A DNA stretch of 27,851 nt, from positions 1-27,851 of the forward strand of contig JANRLX010000013.1 in the NCBI GenBank assembly GCA_033762115.1. The letters run 5' to 3'. The first letter of the stretch is position 1. Each line of letters starts with the position of its first letter. Positions 17,328 to 27,474 of this stretch are shown one piece after another. The DNA comes from Verrucomicrobiota bacterium. Its GTDB lineage: Bacteria; Verrucomicrobiota; Verrucomicrobiia; Limisphaerales; SXQI01. A program made the position numbers and the translations under genes. Under the pieces are notes generated by a model. That model worked only from the letters and a program-made list of their open reading frames with translations, did no database searches and was not told where the DNA came from.

Positions 17328-19889
17328 TTAAGTTTCCCGTTCAGTCAGCTGCCCAATTTTCAGCAGGCGCAGGGCGGGTTTCTCCAGTTCCCGCGATTTC
17401 GCAAGATCAACCTCAAATTCCGCTACCCAGTCATTCAGCCCTTCCGGATCGACAATCATCTGCTGGATACGCCAGCCCTTTTTATCCGGCGAAGGAGTGA
17501 CATAAGTATGACGTGCGTTTCGCGCCTCGGGCTCCAGGCCTATTCGGTGGTGGTCACGGTAAAACTCCTCCATCCGTTCCTTCAGTCGTTCCGGTGTCCA
17601 GGGGGATTCATCCACTGATGTTTGAACATCAAGCCCTGTAATGGCCTGTTCGAAATCTTCATTCACCAGGCCTCGCAGAAACGTGAAGATGCTCTGCCGG
17701 ATCATTGCGGTAAACTGTTTTACATCCCGCGTGATATCGGCCTCTGCCAGCTCTGCCCCCGGCGGACGCGCCTCCTTGATCTCTGCGGGTTTGTAGTTTG
17801 GGTCGCGCAATTTTTCCCATTCATCCAAGAGGCTCGAGTCCACCTGCCGCACCATTGTATGCAGGTAAAGTTCCATTTCCCTGACCTGCTCGTTTTTGGC
17901 ATGCTCTGGAACAGTCTGTGACAGGACCTTGTACACATTGTTGAGATGGCGCAGAAGCACCCCTTCAGCCCGCTGCAACTCGTACAATTTGATATAATCG
18001 CTGAAGGATCTGAACTCCTCGAACATCTCCCGGGCAATGGATTTGGGACGAATATTCTCCTGCCCGACCCATGGGTGGCGGTCTGCAAAGGCGTTGAAAG
18101 TGGAATAAATAAATTCCTGGTTTGGCTTTGGATATTCCAGTTTTTCCAACTCTTCCATGCGATCGTTGTATTCCATTCCATCCATTTTCATTTCGGCGAG
18201 TTTTTCCGTTTTCACCTTGTCCAGCTGCTTCCGCAAAATAATTTCCGGATTTTCGAGGATGGATTCCACCAGCGTCAACAAGACGAACGCATACTCCTCA
18301 GCTTCTGGATCGATCATTGGGATGGTCTCCAGAAGATAAAGTGAGAGGACCTGGTCCATGGAAAAATCCTCCTGCAATTCCACGTTAACCCTCAAGTATG
18401 CTCCTTCCTGGGTCTGAGGAATAAATTCCACAATCTTCCGATCCACCAGAGCGCGGAAAAGTTGCCAGCCACGTTTAACATGGGCTTTTTTTTGTTTGGG
18501 AGATTCGTGCGAATCCCGAATCAACCGGCTCATTGCCGCGCAACCATCTTCCTTCCTGCTGAGGACATTGAGCAACATCCCGTGAGTGACCTGGAACCGG
18601 GAGGTTAATCGTTCCGGCGGGGCGGAGATCAAACGAGTGAAGGTGTTCTTGTCCCAATTAATAAAGTTTTTTTCCGGTGGCTGCCGTTTGACGGTTTTTT
18701 TGCCATCACGCGCGGATTTTTCAGCGAGCTTCAAGTTTTCGATCACATGCTCGGGAGCCTGTGCGACCACCCAGCCCTTGTCATCAAATCCTTTTCTGCC
18801 TGCACGTCCTCCGATCTGGTGGAAATCCCGGGCAGTGAGAATGACCGTTTTTTCACCATCAAATTTGCAAAGTTTGGTGAACAGGACCGTTCGAATCGGA
18901 ATATTGATCCCCACGCCAAGCGTGTCCGTGCCACAAATCAACTTCAACATGCCCTGCTGGGCGAGTTGCTCGACAAGAACGCGGTACTTCGGGAGCAGCC
19001 CGGCATGATGAAGACCAATCCCATGCCGCAACCATTTTTTTATTTCAGGCCCGTAAGGGCTGTTAAACTTAAAGTTCTCGATGGCTTTTGCGATGGAAGC
19101 TTTTTCATCGCGCGAACAAACATTGATGCTTGTGAAATCCTGGGCGCTTTGGGCCGCTTCCAACTGAGTGAAGTGAACGACATAAACAGGCGCTTTCCCA
19201 TCTTCTATAAGGCTTTCGACAGTTTTGGCCAAAGGCAATTCCGAATAGGCGTAGTCGAGAGGGACTGGACGGGTTGTGGAGGAAATTGTAACGGTGGGTT
19301 TTGCATTCAATCGGGTCAGGACCTCTTCAAAAAAACCTGTCTCTCCCAGTGTGGCCGACATCAGCAGGAACCTTGTTTGTGGCATTGTCAGCAAAGGGAC
19401 CTGCCACGCCACGCCACGTTCACGGTCAGCATAATAATGGAACTCATCCATGACCACGTCATGAATCCTGGCCTCCTTTCCTTCGCGCAGGGCAATATTG
19501 GCAAGGATTTCGGCTGTGCAGCAGAGAATGGGCGCATCACGGTTAACCGAGGCATCTCCTGTCGCAAGGCCCACATTGTCCGGTCCAAATTCCCGACATA
19601 AAGCCATGAACTTTTCATTGACCAACGCCTTGATGGGACAGGTATAGACAGATCGTTTCCCCTGGGCGATGCATTTGAAATGGAGCGCAGAGGCTACCAA
19701 TGACTTTCCCGACCCGGTGGGAGTGTTCAGAATGACATTCTTTTCCTCAAATAATTCGAGAATGGCTGATTCCTGGGCGGGATAAAGCTGAAGCCTGCGT
19801 CCTTCAATATAGTCAAGGAAGCGTCCGAGCAACAGATCATTGCCCACTGATCCATCACGCGGGATTACATCATAAAGTGTGGCTGGCAC
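17328..19889 (-). CDS. Ski2/HelY-like DEAD/DEAH-box helicase with probable DUF3516 C-terminus
   Basis: [44 protein letters not shown]. Confidence 0.9.
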   Translation of the reverse strand: MPATLYDVIPRDGSVGNDLLLGRFLDYIEGRRLQLYPAQESAILELFEEKNVILNTPTGSGKSLVASALHFKCIAQGKRSVYTCPIKALVNEKFMALCREFGPDNVGLATGDASVNRDAPILCCTAEILANIALREGKEARIHDVVMDEFHYYADRERGVAWQVPLLTMPQTRFLLMSATLGETGFFEEVLTRLNAKPTVTISSTTRPVPLDYAYSELPLAKTVESLIEDGKAPVYVVHFTQLEAAQSAQDFTSINVCSRDEKASIAKAIENFKFNSPYGPEIKKWLRHGIGLHHAGLLPKYRVLVEQLAQQGMLKLICGTDTLGVGINIPIRTVLFTKLCKFDGEKTVILTARDFHQIGGRAGRKGFDDKGWVVAQAPEHVIENLKLAEKSARDGKKTVKRQPPEKNFINWDKNTFTRLISAPPERLTSRFQVTHGMLLNVLSRKEDGCAAMSRLIRDSHESPKQKKAHVKRGWQLFRALVDRKIVEFIPQTQEGAYLRVNVELQEDFSMDQVLSLYLLETIPMIDPEAEEYAFVLLTLVESILENPEIILRKQLDKVKTEKLAEMKMDGMEYNDRMEELEKLEYPKPNQEFIYSTFNAFADRHPWVGQENIRPKSIAREMFEEFRSFSDYIKLYELQRAEGVLLRHLNNVYKVLSQTVPEHAKNEQVREMELYLHTMVRQVDSSLLDEWEKLRDPNYKPAEIKEARPPGAELAEADITRDVKQFTAMIRQSIFTFLRGLVNEDFEQAITGLDVQTSVDESPWTPERLKERMEEFYRDHHRIGLEPEARNARHTYVTPSPDKKGWRIQQMIVDPEGLNDWVAEFEVDLAKSRELEKPALRLLKIGQLTERET

Positions 19890-19935
19890 GGCGGCGCCGA
19901 TTTTACGGGGAAAATCCGTTCACACGAAGGAATAT

Positions 19936-22900
19936 TTAATTGGCCGGGGCGAGCGGAATCCGAAACCAGAATGTGCTTCCCCGGCCCAATTCCGATTCGA
20001 CACCGATTGAACCATTCATCCGTTCGAGGCTCTTTTTAACCAGGGCCAGCCCCATGCCGGTGCCCGGGTAAATTTCCTGGGCATGCAAGCGCTCGAAAAT
20101 GCGAAACACGCGTTCATGATGTTCGGGCGCAATTCCGATTCCCTCATCCTTGATGGCGACGTGGAGGCAGTCAGACTTGATCCTTCCGGTGATGGTGATG
20201 ATCGGCTGTTTTTCCGGCGGAGTGAATTTAATCGCATTACTGACCAGATTTTGCAGCACGCTTTCCAAAGTGCCGGCATGAGCCACGACGGGCGGAAACT
20301 CTCCCTCAATGCTGAAGCGTGCTGATCGCTGCTCAATTTCGGGGGCCAAAGTCCCCTGGACCTGCTCAATCAACTGGCGCAAATCGACACGTTGGAACCT
20401 GAGCTGAGAGCGGGTGACCTGACTATAGCTGAGCAAATCCTGGATCAAGGCATCCATTCGTTCGGCCGAACTGCGGATGCGGTCCAGGTAATCGCGGGCT
20501 TCCCTGCTCAGCATCTCACCGCAATCTTCAATCAGCGCGTGAGAAAAACCCTGCATGGCTCGGAGTGGCGCACGCAAATCATGGGCCACAGTGTAAGTGA
20601 ACGCCTCCATCTGCTCCTTGCTTTCCTGCAAGGCAGCAGTCCTGCGCTCAACACGTTCTTCCAAATCTGTATTGAGTTTCCTGATTTGCTCCTCTGTGTT
20701 TTTACGATGGGTCATGTCGCGCAGGATTTTGGCGAAGCCTTGTTTTTGTGTTTGGTCCAGAGTGATCAGGGAACCGCTGGCCCAGAAGCGGGTTCCATTT
20801 TTACGAATCTGCCAATGCTCGCTTATTACCTGCCGCCGCTCCCGGGCAGTTTGAAGTTCCATCGCAGGGATGTTCGCTTCCTGATCCTTCGGATCGAAGA
20901 AAATGTCCGCGCTGCGGCCGAGGACTTCCTCGCTGGAATAACCAAAAATGCGTTCTGCGCCCAGGTTCCAGCTGGAGATGCGACCTTCTGAATCGAGCAT
21001 GAAGATGGCGTATTCTTCGGCGCGGTCCACGAGCAAACGAAACCGCTCCTCGGTTTCGCGAAGGTTTTCCGCGATGGCGGTGCGCTCCCGCAATTCCCGT
21101 TGGGCCGCTTGATAAAGGCGTGCATTGTCAATGGCAATGGCCGCCTGGGCAGCAATCCCACCGACCAGTTTTTCACTCTGCTCGGTGAAAACTCCTTCTT
21201 TTTCATGCCCGAAAAATAATCCGCCAAGCACTTCCCCCGAACGGGCAACCACCGGCACCGCCAGATAACTCACGACCTGGAGGTGACCACCGGGCATGCC
21301 GCGATGGGGAGCGTTCTGGCCGTAGCGGGGATCCTTGCGAACATCTGCCAGGCGAATAATTCCTTCCCCTTTGAAAGTTGGGGAAAAAAGCGGGGTATTT
21401 CGCGGGGTGGGAAATTTTGAAAACGCCTCACGCGGCACTCCGGAGATGGCGTAGAGCGTGTAGGATTCACCCCAGCTATCTATGACATTATAAAAGAATG
21501 CACCGAATCGTGCGCCCGAAACTTTGGTGGCAGCGTCGGTTACTGCCTGGATCAATTTTTCCAAATCCAGCTCTGCTGAAAGCGCACTTCCCACCTGGTT
21601 CAAAAGTTCAAGGGTGCGCGCTTGTTCGAGCAAACGTTCCTCAGCTTTTTTACGCTGTGAGATGTCGCGAAGGAAACCAGTAAAAATGCGGCGGCCCTCT
21701 TTCTCGGACATTCCAAAGGCAACCTCGAGCGGCACTTCCGTTCCATTTTTGTGCAAACCGGGGAGTTCAAGACCATCCCAGGGCAATCTCTTTTGACCGG
21801 TTTCAACAAACCGGCGAATGCCCATTCGATGGGCCACATGGAAACGGGCAGGCATGAGGATGGTAATATCTTGACCGATCAATTCCTCGGGTGTGTAACC
21901 CAAAATCCTCTGGAATGATTTATTGGCGCTAAGAATTCTGCTTTCCTCATCCATCGTGAGGATTGCGTCAGCAGCTGTTTCCGTGATGGTGCGGTGCAGT
22001 TCCTCACTTTCCTTCAAGCTGACCTCCACCTGTTTACGCCGAAGGAAGTCACCGATCTGGGAGCCGAGGCTCGCCCCCATGTTCAGGAGGGCTTCGTCAG
22101 GCTGGGAAGACCCCTTGATCATGAATTCGAACACCCCAAAAAATTTCTCGTTTGTGGCAATGGGAAAACCAAAAGCTGAGTGGAGCTTGTCCTGTTTCGC
22201 TTCGGAACGGCGGATAAAGCGATGATCATTCTGCAAATCAACACTCCATTCCGGTTTTCCACTTTCCCAAATCATCCCTGGCAAACCTTCCCCTTTTTCC
22301 GGCGAAAATCGAAGTGTGCCCTGCCTGAAATGTTCCAGGTCACTGCCCGGAGCAGTCCAAATGGTATGGCATTGTGCCCGCTTATGATGCGGAGAGCAGA
22401 GCCAATAGGCACCGAAAGGAAGGCTAAGGTTTTCGCAAATCGCTTGCAGCAGTTGAGGAAGCGCCTGCTCAAAGGTCAAGGCTTCAGCCAAAACTCGGGT
22501 GACCGCATGCTGGGTGGCGGCGCGCCGTTCATACTGTCGCTGTTCCGTGACCTCATGAAACACCAGAATGACACCGATGACGACGCCGTTCTTGTCCCGG
22601 ATCGGGGCGGCACTATCGTCGATGAAATGGGCGGCACCGGTGCGGGAGTAGAGAATGGTATGGTTTGCCAGGCCCACTGTCTTGTGTTCCTTCAAAACCG
22701 TGAAGACAGGGTTTTTAATGGGCAATCCCGTTTCCTGGTTAAACACGGGGAAAATGTCCGGAAGGGACTTTCCCACTGCTTCCTGGCGGGTCCATTCGGT
22801 TATCTTTTCAGCAACCGGGTTCATGAAGGTGACGAGACCCCTGGTGTCTGCGGCGATAACGGCATCCCCGATGCTGGAAAGAGTGACTTGCAACCATTCC

Positions 22901-23964
22901 CTTTGCTCGAACAACTCTCGAGCATTCTGTTCACTCCGCTGACGAGCCCTTGCCTCTCTGCCAGTCATGATAAAAAGCAGCAGGCTGATACTGGTCCCGA
23001 AAAAAGGGACCAGGTAGAGGATTGGTGAGCCGCCAGCGCTCCATTGCCTGGTGTTCGGAAAGGCCACCAACCTCCATGTTCGATTCCCGAGCGAAATGAG
23101 AACAGTTACCTGTTGCTTTCGGTATGCAGTTGAACCTGCTTCATTGTTCAGGGTGAACACAGGAACATCGCCTTGATCCGGATAGATCTCATACGCAACG
23201 CCTGTTTGTTCCCTGGATTCGAAAATTTTCCCAAACAGATCATGGACCCGGAAAGGGCTGTAAATAAAACCGCGCAAGGTTGCCCTCCGTTCCTGGACTG
23301 TTCCCGGAATCGAACCTGTCGTATAAACCGGCACATACATGAGAAATCCTGGTTGCGGATTGTCATCCGTTTCCTGGACCAGGCGAACGATTTCAGTGGT
23401 CGTGGGCACGCCAAGGTCCCGCGCCTGTTCCATGGCAGAACGGCGAATCGGTTCGCTGAACATGTCATAGCCGAGTGCCCGGACATTCCTGGAATTTCGC
23501 GGTTCAATGAAAATGATACTATGGTATTCGGACCGGGGATCTTTCGGCCAAACGGTAAAGTTGCTCATTCCCTGCTGTTGCAACTGCGTTTCCAGCTGGG
23601 CAACTTCATTGGAGGCAACCCGAATACTGAATCCCACCCCCTGGACTCCGGCGTAAAATTCAGACAATTTCAGGCGATTGACATAAAGCCTGAACTGTTC
23701 CGGCGTGACATTGGTGTTCGCGGCAAACAACCCCGCACCGCCACGCAGTAAATTGATGTGAGAATTAATCCGGACATGGATCGTTTCCTCTGCGTCCCGA
23801 ACCAGCTCCTTGAAGAAATTTTGTTGTCGTTCAAGCGCATTCTGATAAAGGAAGAAGGTGGCCAGAGTGGTGAGGAACAGGCCGCTTAACAACACGGTCC
23901 AGGGCAGCCATTGATTTGTTGGCTTGCTGTGCAGATGCTGAGATTGGTCCTCCTGTTGAATCAT
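19936..23964 (-). CDS. Membrane sensor histidine kinase: CHASE-PAS-GAF-PAS-GAF-PAS-HisKA-HATPase
   Basis: Two TM helices flank a CHASE region (EPRNSRNVRALGYDMFSEPIRRSAM, LVQE). Three PAS-like and two GAF-like segments follow, then H-box AHDLRAPLR, NLVSNAIKF, DEGIG, GTGMGL, GRGSTF. Confidence 0.92.
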   Translation of the reverse strand: MIQQEDQSQHLHSKPTNQWLPWTVLLSGLFLTTLATFFLYQNALERQQNFFKELVRDAEETIHVRINSHINLLRGGAGLFAANTNVTPEQFRLYVNRLKLSEFYAGVQGVGFSIRVASNEVAQLETQLQQQGMSNFTVWPKDPRSEYHSIIFIEPRNSRNVRALGYDMFSEPIRRSAMEQARDLGVPTTTEIVRLVQETDDNPQPGFLMYVPVYTTGSIPGTVQERRATLRGFIYSPFRVHDLFGKIFESREQTGVAYEIYPDQGDVPVFTLNNEAGSTAYRKQQVTVLISLGNRTWRLVAFPNTRQWSAGGSPILYLVPFFGTSISLLLFIMTGREARARQRSEQNARELFEQREWLQVTLSSIGDAVIAADTRGLVTFMNPVAEKITEWTRQEAVGKSLPDIFPVFNQETGLPIKNPVFTVLKEHKTVGLANHTILYSRTGAAHFIDDSAAPIRDKNGVVIGVILVFHEVTEQRQYERRAATQHAVTRVLAEALTFEQALPQLLQAICENLSLPFGAYWLCSPHHKRAQCHTIWTAPGSDLEHFRQGTLRFSPEKGEGLPGMIWESGKPEWSVDLQNDHRFIRRSEAKQDKLHSAFGFPIATNEKFFGVFEFMIKGSSQPDEALLNMGASLGSQIGDFLRRKQVEVSLKESEELHRTITETAADAILTMDEESRILSANKSFQRILGYTPEELIGQDITILMPARFHVAHRMGIRRFVETGQKRLPWDGLELPGLHKNGTEVPLEVAFGMSEKEGRRIFTGFLRDISQRKKAEERLLEQARTLELLNQVGSALSAELDLEKLIQAVTDAATKVSGARFGAFFYNVIDSWGESYTLYAISGVPREAFSKFPTPRNTPLFSPTFKGEGIIRLADVRKDPRYGQNAPHRGMPGGHLQVVSYLAVPVVARSGEVLGGLFFGHEKEGVFTEQSEKLVGGIAAQAAIAIDNARLYQAAQRELRERTAIAENLRETEERFRLLVDRAEEYAIFMLDSEGRISSWNLGAERIFGYSSEEVLGRSADIFFDPKDQEANIPAMELQTARERRQVISEHWQIRKNGTRFWASGSLITLDQTQKQGFAKILRDMTHRKNTEEQIRKLNTDLEERVERRTAALQESKEQMEAFTYTVAHDLRAPLRAMQGFSHALIEDCGEMLSREARDYLDRIRSSAERMDALIQDLLSYSQVTRSQLRFQRVDLRQLIEQVQGTLAPEIEQRSARFSIEGEFPPVVAHAGTLESVLQNLVSNAIKFTPPEKQPIITITGRIKSDCLHVAIKDEGIGIAPEHHERVFRIFERLHAQEIYPGTGMGLALVKKSLERMNGSIGVESELGRGSTFWFRIPLAPAN

Positions 23965-24021
23965 TCCGGCTGACCGACTTCGATCAATTATCTCCCTAGA
24001 GGCAGCAATACAAAATCAGGG

Positions 24022-24067
24022 TGTCCCCTAAAACCTTTTGCTTTCGCTGGTGTTAGTTTGGGGGACA
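24022..24067. repeat. Inverted repeat in a divergent promoter region
   Basis: TGTCCCCTAAAAC ... GTTTGGGGGACA. Confidence 0.45.
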
Positions 24068-24106
24068 GACTAGAAAAGTAAAGCTACCGCGCAAGCGCAA
24101 CGAATA

Positions 24107-25960
24107 ATGAAGGTCACCGCAGGATTATCAGGCAGAGGAAGTTCAATTAGCACGTTATTGAAGTTTTTGTTGGCATGGTTTCTGGCTGTCGCGCCTGTTT
24201 CAGCGCAGACTTTGTTGAGCAATTGCACCGAGGAAAACCTTCGCAACGCTGTCGCCCAGGGAGGAGTGATCCAGTTCGACTGCACAACCGAGATTGTTCT
24301 GACTTCACCATTGGTGATCGAACAGGATGTCACACTGGAAGGCACCAACGCCGCTGTGGCCCTGAGCGGAAATAACCTGACGCGGCTCTTTATCGTGCGG
24401 CCGGGTGTGAGCCTGACATTGCGCTCAATCGGGCTCTTCTCGGGTCAAATGTCTGCCACAAACCTGAACAACGGGGGAATTGCCGAGATGGCAGGCGCAG
24501 CCATCTACAATGATGGCGGCAATGTGACTTTGTTTAATGTGACCATCAGGAATCATGCAATTAACGGAAGCAACGGCCGTGAAGGACAGGTGACTCTGGA
24601 AGGAACCGGGGAAAATGGCGGCAATGGAGAATCGGTGAAAGGCGGGGCAATTTACAGCAGAAATGGAACGGTTAACCTTGAATTGTGCGATGTGGAATTG
24701 AACACCATCATTGCGGGAAACGGGGGCAAGGGTGCGAATGGTCAGGTCCGCGGGAATGGAAACGACGGCGGCAATGGAGGATCCGGGGGCTCGGCCCAAG
24801 GCGGAGCGATCTACATGGAGGACGGGATGCTCTCGATTATCAACTGTTCCTTTGGCACGAACAAAGTGACCGGTGGAACGGCAGGCCTCGGCGGCAGCGG
24901 AAGCGGTTTGCTCGGCTTTAACGGCACTCCCGGCCAGGCTGGAGCGGCCATGGGTGGAGCCATTTACGTGAATTCAGGAGTGGTTGCCATTTACGGTTCC
25001 ACTATTAACGCAAATGTGATCATTGGCGGCAATGGGGCGGGAGGATTGCCGGGGTTGAGAGCGGAAGAAGGGTTTGATGCCACTGGAGGAGGAACTGTAA
25101 TGGGGGCCGGTATTTTTAACGGAGGATCGCTCTTTGCCACAAATAGCACCATTTATGGTAACTCGGGCACCGGCGGCACGGGAGCCTCGGGCGGGGCGGG
25201 AGGCGCAGGAAGTTTTGGTGGAGATGGCGGAAATGGCGGCAACGGAGGATCGGCTCTTGGTGGTGGAATTTACAATAGTTTGACCGCCTTTCTCAATCAT
25301 TGCACCGTAGCTAATAATACAGTGACCGCTGGTCAGGGAGGCGCAGCCGGTGCGGGGGGCGGGGTCCTTGGCGAGGCCGGGCAGGCTGGAAGCGCCGGGG
25401 TGCGCGCTGGAGCAAACCTGAACAATCAGGGAACGGAATTTCGCCTCGCAAACAGTATTATCAACCAGGGGACCGGAGGCAACGGTCAAGGCACGTTCGT
25501 CGATCTGGGCGGAAATATTTCAAATGACACAACGATCAGTCTGAATCATTCGACAAGCCTGCCGAATGCTGATCCCCGGCTTCGCACCCTTGCCAATAAT
25601 GGAGGCCCCACACTGACCGCTGCGTTGGCAACCAACAGCCCCGCCATTGACAAGGGAAACCCCGCCTTCTGCCTCACATTGGACCAGCGCGGCACAAATC
25701 GGGTGGCAAACTGTGACATCGGGGCTTATGAATTGTTCAACCCCATTCTAACCAATCAATTGACCGCCTCACTCCAGACCAATCAATTGGTTCTTTCCTG
25801 GGACAAGGCATTGAATGTTGATTTGGAACGTTCGACCAATCTGAGCCTCACCAACTGGACCACTGCCTCGCCAACACGAACAACCAACGGGAACACAGTT
25901 ACTGTCAAAACCACAACGACCAACCTCCCCGCTGCTTTTTATCGGTTGCGAAAGAAATAA
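24107..25960 (+). CDS. Secreted Gly-rich repeat protein with choice-of-anchor Q domain and Verrucomicrobia-type C-terminal domain
   Basis: Signal peptide ending APVSA|Q, repeated GGAIY motifs, LANNGGPT.T.AL...SPAIDKG...DQRG...CDIGAYE, and terminal LSW...LERSTNL...W...FYRL. Start uncertain (alternative TTG 24158). Confidence 0.85.
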   Translation: MKVTAGLSGRGSSISTLLKFLLAWFLAVAPVSAQTLLSNCTEENLRNAVAQGGVIQFDCTTEIVLTSPLVIEQDVTLEGTNAAVALSGNNLTRLFIVRPGVSLTLRSIGLFSGQMSATNLNNGGIAEMAGAAIYNDGGNVTLFNVTIRNHAINGSNGREGQVTLEGTGENGGNGESVKGGAIYSRNGTVNLELCDVELNTIIAGNGGKGANGQVRGNGNDGGNGGSGGSAQGGAIYMEDGMLSIINCSFGTNKVTGGTAGLGGSGSGLLGFNGTPGQAGAAMGGAIYVNSGVVAIYGSTINANVIIGGNGAGGLPGLRAEEGFDATGGGTVMGAGIFNGGSLFATNSTIYGNSGTGGTGASGGAGGAGSFGGDGGNGGNGGSALGGGIYNSLTAFLNHCTVANNTVTAGQGGAAGAGGGVLGEAGQAGSAGVRAGANLNNQGTEFRLANSIINQGTGGNGQGTFVDLGGNISNDTTISLNHSTSLPNADPRLRTLANNGGPTLTAALATNSPAIDKGNPAFCLTLDQRGTNRVANCDIGAYELFNPILTNQLTASLQTNQLVLSWDKALNVDLERSTNLSLTNWTTASPTRTTNGNTVTVKTTTTNLPAAFYRLRKK

Positions 25961-26002
25961 TCGTTGACTTTCATCTGCCAAAAACAGAATCTCACCCTGT
26001 TA

Positions 26003-26140
26003 ATGAGGATCATTAATCCAGCTTTCGCAAAAATTGTTCCTGCCCTGACCGGGAAAGGACATGCGATGCTGTGCGTTCTTCCTGTCGCCAATTCTATGGC
26101 TTACCGCTGGGTAAGCTGTGGGCAGGAGGAAAAGAGGTAA
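26003..26140 (+). CDS. Putative attenuator leader peptide (45 aa; alternative starts possible)
   Basis: MRIINPAFAKIVPALTGKGHAMLCVLPVANSMAYRWVSCGQEEKR*. It spans the antiterminator strand and stops 20 nt before the terminator. Confidence 0.45.
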   Translation: MRIINPAFAKIVPALTGKGHAMLCVLPVANSMAYRWVSCGQEEKR

Positions 26141-26160
26141 CAGAACCGAATAATTTTTCC

Positions 26161-26200
26161 AACCCTGCTCACTGAAAGGTGGGCAGGGTTTTTTGTTTTT
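26161..26200 (+). terminator. Intrinsic terminator of a transcription attenuator upstream of the MFS gene
   Basis: AACCCTGCTCAC-TGAAAG-GTGGGCAGGGTT followed by TTTTGTTTTT, ending at the base before the MFS ATG. Confidence 0.85.
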
Positions 26201-27451
26201 ATGAACCTTGCCACAATCCAACGATCAATTCCTGTTCCAGCCAAAGGCTGTCTGCGGCCCCTTACAGATCTGCTTGTGGTTATCAAAGGATTGCCTCGTG
26301 CCATCTGGGTTCTTTATATCGGCACCTTCCTGAATAAATTTGGAACTTTTGTCGTTCCGTTTCTTGCCCTTTACATGACCAGGCAGGGTTATTCACTGGC
26401 CCAGGCAGGTACTGCAATCGGGGCTTATGGCGCGGGACATTTGCTGGCCTCCATCATTGGAGGGCATCTGGCAGACAGCATCGGACGACGGAACACCATT
26501 GTTCTCTCAATGTTCAGCACTGCCATCGCGATGGTTCTCCTGAGTTATGCCCCTTCATTCTGGATGATTGTTTTATTAAGTGGATGTGCCGGATTGACCG
26601 GCGAACTTTATCGTCCTGCCAGCATGGCATTGATTGCCGACCTGACTCCTCCGGGTCATCGGACAGCTGCCTCAGCAGCTTATCGTGTCGCTTTGAATGC
26701 AGGCTGGGCTTTTGGGCCTGCGACTGCGGGGTTCCTGGCAGAATCCTCATTTCAGTGGTTGTTCTTTGGAGATGCGTTTACCTCATTTCTCTTTGGAATC
26801 GTCGCGTTGAAATTGCTTCCCCACGGTCTTCGGGGACAAACCAAACAGGTGAAGTGGAGCGCAGCGTTCAAAGCCATGCGGCTGGATCGGCAATTTACAC
26901 GGCTCTGTTTCGCAAATCTCCTCATCGCGCTGGTCTTTTTCCAGATGGCGAGCAGTTATGGATTACACGTCACGCAAGCAGGTTTCTCCTCATCCACCTA
27001 TGGCATGCTCATTTCCGTGAATGGTCTGCTGGTCGTGGTGTTTGAAATTTTAATAGTCACGTACGCGCAACGTTTTCCTGCAAAATACATGATCTTCCTT
27101 GGCTACTGCCTGATCGGCCTGGGATTTGGATTAAACGCATTTTCCTTCACCATCCCTATGCTGGTGCTTTCGATGTGCATTTTTACCCTGGGCGAAATGA
27201 TCAGCATGCCTGTGGGAGCAGGGTTCATTTCCGAACTAGCCCCTCCCGCCATGCGAGGACGCTATATGGGAACACTTGGGTTCACATGGGCCACCGCCAT
27301 GATGTTCGGGCCGGGATTAGGGATGCAACTCTTCCTGGCTGGACCGACGCTGCTATGGCTCACCTGCGCATCTCTAGGAATTGGGGCTGGATTGGTGGTA
27401 CTGCAAGGGCTCAGTTCTCCAAATGCCAGAACAGTTTCAGTTGCAGAATAA
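26201..27451 (+). CDS. MFS transporter (probable drug/metabolite exporter)
   Basis: Motif A GHLADSIGRR, NAGWAFGPATAG, RGRYMG, and many hydrophobic segments consistent with a 12-TM fold. Confidence 0.9.
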   Translation: MNLATIQRSIPVPAKGCLRPLTDLLVVIKGLPRAIWVLYIGTFLNKFGTFVVPFLALYMTRQGYSLAQAGTAIGAYGAGHLLASIIGGHLADSIGRRNTIVLSMFSTAIAMVLLSYAPSFWMIVLLSGCAGLTGELYRPASMALIADLTPPGHRTAASAAYRVALNAGWAFGPATAGFLAESSFQWLFFGDAFTSFLFGIVALKLLPHGLRGQTKQVKWSAAFKAMRLDRQFTRLCFANLLIALVFFQMASSYGLHVTQAGFSSSTYGMLISVNGLLVVVFEILIVTYAQRFPAKYMIFLGYCLIGLGFGLNAFSFTIPMLVLSMCIFTLGEMISMPVGAGFISELAPPAMRGRYMGTLGFTWATAMMFGPGLGMQLFLAGPTLLWLTCASLGIGAGLVVLQGLSSPNARTVSVAE

Positions 27452-27474
27452 ACATATAAAACCTGCACAGCGGC

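Noticed and set aside
17328..19889. Anti-phage defence helicase
   Set aside because: No nuclease, methylase or other defence partner is nearby; it looks like the widespread standalone family.
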